NCBI GenBank assembly: GCA_040755455.1
Contig: JBFMAY010000001.1
Coordinates: forward strand, 1 to 64,000
Length of the DNA: 64,000 nucleotides
From: Thermodesulfobacteriota bacterium
Lineage (GTDB): Bacteria; Desulfobacterota; Desulfobulbia; Desulfobulbales; SURF-16
Direction: 5' to 3'
The notes under the pieces are model-generated. The model was not told the DNA's origin, did no database searches, and was given only the letters and a program-made list of their open reading frames with translations. Positions 57,292 to 64,000 of this stretch are shown here, one piece after another. Both the position numbers and the translations under genes were made by a program. Each line of letters starts with the position of its first letter. Within the stretch, counting starts at the first letter, position 1.

Positions 57292-58932
57292 TTATGCGGC
57301 CGCGGCGCTGCGCATCTCCGCCGACTTGCCCAGGTAGTAGCGGTAAGCCCCCTCGTAGATTCGCATCTCGCCGTGGTCTATTTCAAAAACCCGTCGCACC
57401 AGCGAGCGCAGAAAATGGCGGTCATGGCTGACCAGCACCACCGTGCCGGTGAATTTCCGCAGGGCATCGAGCAGGATCTCCCGGGACTGGATGTCAAGAT
57501 GGTTGGTGGGTTCGTCAAGGATGAGCAGGTTCAGCGGCCGGGCCAGCAGGGTGGCCAGCACCACCCGGCTTTTTTCACCTCCGGACAGGCTGGCGATGCG
57601 TTTGTCCACCTCATCATTTTGGAAGAGGAAGGCGGCGCACAGGTTGCGCACCACGCCGATGGTGGCCTGGGGGATGGTTTCCTGCACGGTTTCGAACACG
57701 GTTTTCTGCGGGGAGAGGAGTTCCATGGAGTGCTGGCTGAAGTAGCCGATGCTGACGTTGGCCCCGACCTTGACGCTGCCGGCGGTTGGGTCGGTCTGGC
57801 CGGCCAACACCTTGAGAAAGGTTGATTTTCCGGCCCCGTTCACCCCAACCACGGCGATTTTCTCCTGCCGCCTGATCATGCCGCTGATACCGCCGAACAC
57901 CGATTTGCTGGTGCCGTCCGGCAGGGTCCAGACCTTGGCCAGACTGTCCAGGGTCATGACATCATCACCGCTGCGCGGCGGTTCGGCAAAGGCGAATTTG
58001 ATGATCTTCTGTTCCGGCGGCAGTTCAATACGGTCGATTTTGTCGATTTTCTTGGCCCGCGACTGGACCTGGGCCGAGTGGGAAGGCCGGGCGGCAAAGC
58101 GGGCGATGAATTCCTCTTCCTTGGCCAGCATCTCCTGCTGGCGGCGGTAGCTGGCCAGCAGCTGCTCGCGTCGGATTTCCCGTTCCCGCAGGTAAAAGTC
58201 GTAGTTGCCGCTGTAGGTGGTCACCGTGCGGTTCGCCACCTCGATGATGCGGGAGACGATGCGGTTCATGAAATCCCGGTCGTGGCAGGTCATGAGCAGG
58301 GCACCCTTGAATTCGCTGGTCAGCCACTCTTCCAGCCAGATGATCGATTCCACGTCAAGATGGTTGGTCGGCTCGTCCAGCAGGAGAACATCCGGGTTGA
58401 GGGTGAGGATCTTGGCCAGTTCGATGCGCATCTTCCAGCCGCCGCTGAAGGTTTCCACCGGGCGGTTAAAATCGTCCGGACCGATGCCGAGGCCGGTGAG
58501 CAGGGCCTGGGCCCGGCTCTCAAAGTCGTAGCCGCCGCGGTGCTCAAACTCCTCGACCGCGTTGCCGTAACGTTCGAGCAGCGCCGCCATTTCCTCGTCC
58601 GCCATGGGCTGGGCCATGGCCGCCTCCATCTCCCGCATCCGCAGACCCAGCTGCACCACCTCGCCTGAGGCGGCCATGACTTCGGCCAGGACCGAGCGGC
58701 CGGCCATGTCCCCCACGTCCTGGGAGAAGTAGCCGATGACGGTTTTTTTCGGGCAGGAGATCTCGCCCTTGTCCGGTTCCTCCTCGCCGGTGATCAGGCG
58801 GAAGATGGTGCTCTTGCCGGCGCCGTTGGGGCCAACCAGGCCGGTCCTGGTGCCCGGCAGGATCTGCAGGCTGGCATTCTGGAAGAGGATCTGCGCGCCG
58901 TGCTGTCTGGTGATGTTGGTCAGGTGTATCAT
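57292..58932 (-). CDS. ABC-F family ATP-binding protein
   Basis: GPNGAGKST, FSGGWKMR, LDEPTNHLD twice. Confidence 0.93.
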   Translation of the reverse strand: MIHLTNITRQHGAQILFQNASLQILPGTRTGLVGPNGAGKSTIFRLITGEEEPDKGEISCPKKTVIGYFSQDVGDMAGRSVLAEVMAASGEVVQLGLRMREMEAAMAQPMADEEMAALLERYGNAVEEFEHRGGYDFESRAQALLTGLGIGPDDFNRPVETFSGGWKMRIELAKILTLNPDVLLLDEPTNHLDVESIIWLEEWLTSEFKGALLMTCHDRDFMNRIVSRIIEVANRTVTTYSGNYDFYLREREIRREQLLASYRRQQEMLAKEEEFIARFAARPSHSAQVQSRAKKIDKIDRIELPPEQKIIKFAFAEPPRSGDDVMTLDSLAKVWTLPDGTSKSVFGGISGMIRRQEKIAVVGVNGAGKSTFLKVLAGQTDPTAGSVKVGANVSIGYFSQHSMELLSPQKTVFETVQETIPQATIGVVRNLCAAFLFQNDEVDKRIASLSGGEKSRVVLATLLARPLNLLILDEPTNHLDIQSREILLDALRKFTGTVVLVSHDRHFLRSLVRRVFEIDHGEMRIYEGAYRYYLGKSAEMRSAAAA

Positions 58933-59027
58933 GGGTAACTCCGGAGAAAATCGTCGAACTTAGCATGACATGGTCGGGAGTGCAAGGCAAAAGTCACCTG
59001 TTGTCTTTAGAGCGGGCATGGCCGCTC

Positions 59028-60536
59028 TTACCTGTTGCAGAAAAAAGGCGCGTGATTGGAGGTGAACAGGCGCGGGTCGCGGCGAATAATGGCGGCAATG
59101 GCCGGATGGCGTTTGAATTCCCGGTCCAGGAAGCGCCGGACCTTGGCACGGTGCCAGCCCAGCGGGTGGGCGAAGTCTGTATAGAGCGAGAGGTCGCCTT
59201 CATAAAAATCGTTGGTCGGCAGGGTGTGGGCATCCGAGCCGCAGACCGGCATATTGAACACGGCCAGATTGACAAAGGTGATGGCCTGGTGATGGGCCAC
59301 GACAAAGTCCAGGGTGCGCCGCGCCGCCGGCATCGTCTCGGGCGGGGTGCCGAAGAGCAGGTAGACATAGGTGGCGATGCCAGCCTGCTGCAGGGCTGCC
59401 AGCGCCTCGGACACCATGGCAAGCCCGATGCCTTTGTCCATGGCGTCCAGCACGCCCTGATCGCCGGATTCAAGCCCCAGCTTGAGCATCAGGCAGCCGG
59501 AGCGGCGCAGTGCCCGGCAGAAATCCGCATCTGCCAGCAGCGGACTCACCCGGGCAAAGCCGTACCAGTCAATCCCCGGCGGCCGGGCGGCCAGGGCTCG
59601 CAGCAGGGCGGGGCTGATGGCGTTGTCCAGCAGATGGAGCAGCACTGGTTTGCTGCGGGCGGTCAGCTGCCCTATGTCATCCAGCACCTGCTCGACGGGC
59701 AGAGCTCTGTAAGGGTTGCCCTCGGCCTTTTCCGGGCAGAAGGAGCATCTGTTCCAGTAACAGCCGGACGAGGCGGCATAGGGCAGGATGAGGCCCGGCG
59801 AGAGATAATCGGCCAGGGGCAGGCCGGTGTAATCCGGGCCATGATGCTGCGCTTGCCGGCTGCCGCCCAGAAGAGTAACGAGGGGCTCCTCCCCCGGCCC
59901 GGCCACCAGATGATCAACCAGCCCGGCAAAGGGGTTGCGCCAGCCGGGATTGCTGAGCCAGGAAGTGATGAGCCCGCCGCCCAGCACCACCGGCAGCCGG
60001 GGAAAGCGCTGTTTGACAAAGCCGATCATGGCAAAGGTGCACAGGGCCTGGCTGAGATAATTAAGCGAGAAACCGGCCATGGCCGGTTGGGTTTCTTCGA
60101 TCAGCGCGGGCAATCGCTCGGCGAAGTAGGGATGAAAGATGTTGCCGGCTGGCTGGGCCGCGGCCTTGAGCAGGTCGGCACTGTTGATGGGGGACAAACC
60201 CTCATCCTGGTAATTGGCAAGACCGAGTTGCAGGGGCGGTCTGCCAGCCAGTTCCAACACCCGGTTGATATCGGCCACGGCCCGTTGGTAACGGTCGGCA
60301 TTGCGGTAAAGCTCCGGGGTGCGGAGAGCGGCAAGATTGGCGGCAGCGGTTCGCACGGCGCGGCGGCTCCAGTTGTCCACGGCCGGATGCGGTGCGGCGA
60401 GCAGAAAGAGCAGACCTTCCAGGCTGGCGTCCAGCAGGGTACAGGGCAGGCCGTGCCCGCGCAGGGCCCCGGCCAGACGGGCGATGCCGGCCGGCGGCTC
60501 GCACGGCTTGGCTATGGGGGGATGGATAAGCAGCAT
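59028..60536 (-). CDS. B12-binding-domain radical SAM protein
   Basis: PPAGIARL, VVLGGG, GCYWNRCSFC, LGLESG, YLLFGTP. Confidence 0.85.
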   Translation of the reverse strand: MLLIHPPIAKPCEPPAGIARLAGALRGHGLPCTLLDASLEGLLFLLAAPHPAVDNWSRRAVRTAAANLAALRTPELYRNADRYQRAVADINRVLELAGRPPLQLGLANYQDEGLSPINSADLLKAAAQPAGNIFHPYFAERLPALIEETQPAMAGFSLNYLSQALCTFAMIGFVKQRFPRLPVVLGGGLITSWLSNPGWRNPFAGLVDHLVAGPGEEPLVTLLGGSRQAQHHGPDYTGLPLADYLSPGLILPYAASSGCYWNRCSFCPEKAEGNPYRALPVEQVLDDIGQLTARSKPVLLHLLDNAISPALLRALAARPPGIDWYGFARVSPLLADADFCRALRRSGCLMLKLGLESGDQGVLDAMDKGIGLAMVSEALAALQQAGIATYVYLLFGTPPETMPAARRTLDFVVAHHQAITFVNLAVFNMPVCGSDAHTLPTNDFYEGDLSLYTDFAHPLGWHRAKVRRFLDREFKRHPAIAAIIRRDPRLFTSNHAPFFCNR

Positions 60537-60917
60537 GCTGCGTACTTTCCTCGTTCGGGCTCGGCTGAAAAAATGGTGGGAATCAGGTCTTACAAAGCGT
60601 CATAACAGATTTGCCCGGCAACCGCCATTTTGTTCCAGCCGGACGTGCTGATTTCCCAGGGCGTTTCCCGGGGGGTGATCGACGCAAATGGTTGAAGTGT
60701 CGCAATTTGCCGTCATTTTCTCGTCTCTTGAGCTGGAAGTAAACGGTAAATAAGCGGGCAACAGAAAAAAAATAAAACCGCGCTAGCCGCGTACCACAGG
60801 GGATAGAGACCATGCATGGCAACAGCGGGTCATTTTGCTGTTGAAGTTGTTCGGGGAAAATGCGATATTCTTGGCCTCGTGATTAAAGATCAACCCTGCA
60901 GTTGAAAAGTGTAAACA

Positions 60918-63278
60918 TTGTTCAAAAAGAAAAAATCCGCTCCTGGAAAGGGGCAGAAGAAGAAAATCAAGTCGCTGCGTTCGGCCATCACCACGGTTGC
61001 CATCTTTGTTCTGGTTCTTTCCTCCGTTGCCATCATTTTCTATGCGAATTACCTGGACAAGGTGATCCGGGCCAAGTTTGACGGTAAGCGTTGGTCGATC
61101 CCTGCCGTGGTCTATGCCCGGCCGCTGGAACTCTATCCTGATCTGGCCTTTACTCCGGATATGCTGGAGGAGGAGCTGCAGCTCGGCGGCTACCGCAAGG
61201 ATCAGAAGGCATCAGCCCCCGGCGGTTACGACCGCAAGGGCAATGTCATGCACCTGGTCACCAGGGATTTTCATTTTTCCGACGGCCTGGAAAAATCCGC
61301 CGGCGTGACCGTTGAGTTTATCGGCCAGCGGGTCGCGGCCATCACCCGGACCGATACCGGCGAGAGGCTGTCGCTGGCGCGTATTGATCCGGCCCGCATC
61401 GGCAGCTTCCACCCCCGCGAACATGAGGACCGGGTCGTTCTCACCAGGACGGATCTGCCCGATCTGCTGGTCAAATCCCTCATTGCCGTTGAGGATCAGC
61501 ATTACTACATCCATTTCGGGGTTGATCCCCTGGCCATAATCCGGGCCATGTTTGTCAATCTCCGGGCCGGAGAAACCGTGCAGGGCGGCAGCACCCTCAC
61601 CCAGCAGCTGGTCAAGAATTTCTTCCTCAACAACCAGCGCACCCTGTGGCGCAAGATCAACGAAGCCATCATGGCGGTGCTGCTCGAGATGCATTACACC
61701 AAGGACGAGATCCTCACCGCCTATGCCAATGAAATTTTTCTCGGCCAGGATGGGGGCAGGGCGGTGCATGGTTTCGGTCTGGCCAGCCAGTTCTATTTCC
61801 GCCGGGATGTCAAGGACCTTTCCCCGGCCCAGGTCGCCATGCTGATCGGCATGATCAAGGGGCCGTCCTATTACGATCCGCGCCGCAACGAGGAGCGCTG
61901 TCTGCAGAGAAGGCAGGTGGTGCTGGACATGATGCGGGCCGATCAGGTCATCACCGAGGAGCAGTATCAGACGGCAAAGGCCGCCAGGCTTGAGAGTAGC
62001 GACACCATCATGAGCGGCTTCAACCGTTATCCGGCCTTTCTCGAACTGGTGCGCCGCCAGCTGGACCGGGACTACCGGGAGGAGGACCTCACCGGCGACG
62101 GCCTGAAGATCCTCACCACCCTCGATCCCCAGGTGCAGATGAAGGTGGAAAAGCATCTGTCGGCCACCATTTCCACCCTGGAGAAACGAACCGGCCGCAA
62201 GGGGCTTGAGGGTGCGGTCATTGTCAGCAGCAGGGACGGCGGCGAGATTCTGGCCCTGGCCGGCGGCCGCTACCCCTTGAAGCCCGGCTTCAACCGGGCA
62301 CTTGACGCCCAGCGCCCCATCGGCTCGCTGGTCAAGCCCGCCGTCTATCTGACCGCCCTGGCCAACGGCTATACCCTGGCCACCCCGGTGGATGACGTGG
62401 CCATTACCCTGGCCAGCGCCGGGGCCAAGAAATGGCATCCGGCCAATTTCGACAAAAAAGAACATGGCCGGGTGGCCCTGTACGAGGCCCTGGCCCACTC
62501 CTATAACCTGGCCACCATCCGGGTCGGCCTGGATGTGGGGGTGGCCAAGGTCGTCGACAGCGTCCGGCGCCTGGGGGTTGACCGGGACTTCGCGCCCTAT
62601 CCCTCTTTTCTGCTGGGCGCCGCCCCTATGTCGCCCCTGGAGGTTTCCCAGATGTTCCAGACCCTGGCCGCCGGCGGTTTTTATCTGCCGCAGCGGGTCA
62701 TCGGCAGCGTGCTGACGGCGGACAATAAGGTGGTCAAACGCTTCGGCCTGTCCGTGGAACAGCGCTTTCCGGCCAATATCGTTTTCCTGCTCAATAACGC
62801 CTTAAAGCGGGTGGTGAGCGAGGGGACGGCAGAGGCCCTGGCCAGCTATGTCCCCGATTATATACAGGTTGCCGGCAAAACCGGGACCTCGGATGATATG
62901 CGGGACAGCTGGTTTGTCGGCTTTACCGGCGACAAGCTTGCCGTGGTCTGGGTCGGCCGGGATGACAACACGCCGACCAGGCTGACCGGCGCGGGCGGGG
63001 CCATGGTGGTGTGGGGGAAGATCATGCAGTCTCTGCCGGTCCAGCCCCTGGAGCTGCCGGAACCGGAGGGAATCGAATGGGCCCGGGTGGACACTGGGCG
63101 CCCGTTTGATGATTACTTCAGCGCCAACACCATGCTGCCGTTTCTGGCCGGGACCACGCCGCGGCAGACCGTGATCGCCCGGCCGGCGGAGCAGCAGCCG
63201 GCTCCGCCTCCGGCAGCCGAGAAACTGCAGCAGGCCGGGACCGGTTTGTGGAAAACCATCCGCAGCTGGTTCCATTGA
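60918..63278 (+). CDS. mrcB: Penicillin-binding protein 1B
   Basis: VYARPLEL and UB2H-like region, EDQHYYIHFG, QGGSTLTQQLVKN, GSLVKP, SYN, KTGT. Confidence 0.93.
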   Translation: MFKKKKSAPGKGQKKKIKSLRSAITTVAIFVLVLSSVAIIFYANYLDKVIRAKFDGKRWSIPAVVYARPLELYPDLAFTPDMLEEELQLGGYRKDQKASAPGGYDRKGNVMHLVTRDFHFSDGLEKSAGVTVEFIGQRVAAITRTDTGERLSLARIDPARIGSFHPREHEDRVVLTRTDLPDLLVKSLIAVEDQHYYIHFGVDPLAIIRAMFVNLRAGETVQGGSTLTQQLVKNFFLNNQRTLWRKINEAIMAVLLEMHYTKDEILTAYANEIFLGQDGGRAVHGFGLASQFYFRRDVKDLSPAQVAMLIGMIKGPSYYDPRRNEERCLQRRQVVLDMMRADQVITEEQYQTAKAARLESSDTIMSGFNRYPAFLELVRRQLDRDYREEDLTGDGLKILTTLDPQVQMKVEKHLSATISTLEKRTGRKGLEGAVIVSSRDGGEILALAGGRYPLKPGFNRALDAQRPIGSLVKPAVYLTALANGYTLATPVDDVAITLASAGAKKWHPANFDKKEHGRVALYEALAHSYNLATIRVGLDVGVAKVVDSVRRLGVDRDFAPYPSFLLGAAPMSPLEVSQMFQTLAAGGFYLPQRVIGSVLTADNKVVKRFGLSVEQRFPANIVFLLNNALKRVVSEGTAEALASYVPDYIQVAGKTGTSDDMRDSWFVGFTGDKLAVVWVGRDDNTPTRLTGAGGAMVVWGKIMQSLPVQPLELPEPEGIEWARVDTGRPFDDYFSANTMLPFLAGTTPRQTVIARPAEQQPAPPPAAEKLQQAGTGLWKTIRSWFH

Positions 63279-63298
63279 TGAACAGGAAAGAGGAAGAT

Positions 63299-63757
63299 AT
63301 GAAAACAGCAAGCCGTATCCTTGCATGGAATCCTTTATGGATTGTTGCGCTGCTCTGCAGCGTCAATCTGCTGCTGCACGGTTGCGCCGCCAAACCGCCG
63401 GTCAGGGAAACGGTGGCCAGACCACCGGCCCGGGAGGCCACGGCGGCCGGCTCCTTGCTGGCCAGCGCCCATCAGGATGTGCAGGCCGGCCAGTTCAACC
63501 GGGCCGAGGCGACCCTGGAGCGGGCCATCCGCGTTGAGCCCCGCAACGCCTGGCTCTGGCATGAGATGGCCCAGGTGAAGTTCGGGCAGGAGGATTACGG
63601 CCAGGCGGTGCAGTTCTGCCTGAAGGCCAACAGCCTGGCTGGCCGGGATAGCACCCTGATCAGACAGAACTGGCTGCTGATGTCCCGGGCCTACGCCAAA
63701 ATGGGGGACATGGACAAGGCGGAGCAGGCGAAAATGAAAGCCGGGGCGGCAAACTGA
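63299..63757 (+). CDS. TPR lipoprotein, LpoP-like candidate PBP1B activator
   Basis: Lipobox LHGC; AEATLERAIRVEPRNAWLW; immediately after mrcB. Confidence 0.7.
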   Translation: MKTASRILAWNPLWIVALLCSVNLLLHGCAAKPPVRETVARPPAREATAAGSLLASAHQDVQAGQFNRAEATLERAIRVEPRNAWLWHEMAQVKFGQEDYGQAVQFCLKANSLAGRDSTLIRQNWLLMSRAYAKMGDMDKAEQAKMKAGAAN

Positions 63758-63758
63758 T

Positions 63759-64000
63759 ATGACCGAACAGCCTGACCCGCATCAGCAGATCATTGCCCGG
63801 CAGCTGCAGGTGCATGCCGGCCAGGTGGCGGCCACGGCCAGGCTGCTTGCCGAGGGGGCGACCGTCCCCTTTATCGCCCGCTACCGCAAAGAGGCGACCG
63901 GCATGCTGGATGAAATGCAGATTGCCGCGGTCCGCGACCAGCTTGCCGCACTGGCGGAGCTGGACAAGCGGCGGCAGGCCATCATCACCTCCCTGGCCGG
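63759..64000 (+). CDS. tex: Tex family RNA-binding protein (5' part only)
   Basis: Hand-translated: LLAEGATVPFIARYRKEATGMLDE. Confidence 0.9.
   Translation, partial: MTEQPDPHQQIIARQLQVHAGQVAATARLLAEGATVPFIARYRKEATGMLDEMQIAAVRDQLAALAELDKRRQAIITSLA

Noticed and set aside
58965..60605. 546-aa plus-strand ORF
   Set aside because: Antisense shadow of the B12 radical SAM gene, common in GC-rich DNA.

Overview
Chromosomal segment of a GC-rich bacterium, probably Desulfobacterota (Desulfobulbales-like; inferred from gene content). Most of it is housekeeping and stress genes: queED, a tRNA methyltransferase, PiT, tag, prfC, ppnP, a cysteine desulfurase, msrA, two ABC-F proteins, csp, rlmN, srkA, dsbD, slyD, mrcB and tex. 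Two accessory systems stand out. (1) 49.0-56.3 kb is a putative cytochrome-nanowire locus. It encodes a P-domain/VPLP-CTERM surface protein, an octaheme OmcZ homologue, an OzpA-like subtilase, a PpiC-type isomerase, a tetraheme paralogue of the N-terminal half of OmcZ, and an OmcS-like cytochrome with seven CxxCH motifs. A sigma54-type promoter lies upstream. (2) 1-3600 is an NLR-like pair: a TIR-domain protein translationally coupled to an nSTAND1 NTPase-TM-WD40 gene. That second gene is missing from the ORF track because it runs off the window, and its WD40 repeats are near-identical 126-bp units. Also found: a c-di-GMP-I (GEMM-I) riboswitch with an overlapping terminator, a recurring 17-bp palindrome upstream of several accessory loci, an AT-rich gene with integron-cassette-like ends, an FNR/HcpR-type site at -41.5, and a second sigma54 promoter with a perfect 21-bp inverted repeat and an unlisted 38-aa ORF. 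No rRNA, tRNA, CRISPR array or intact mobile element was seen. Family assignments come from motif recognition and recalled sequences; no database searches were run.
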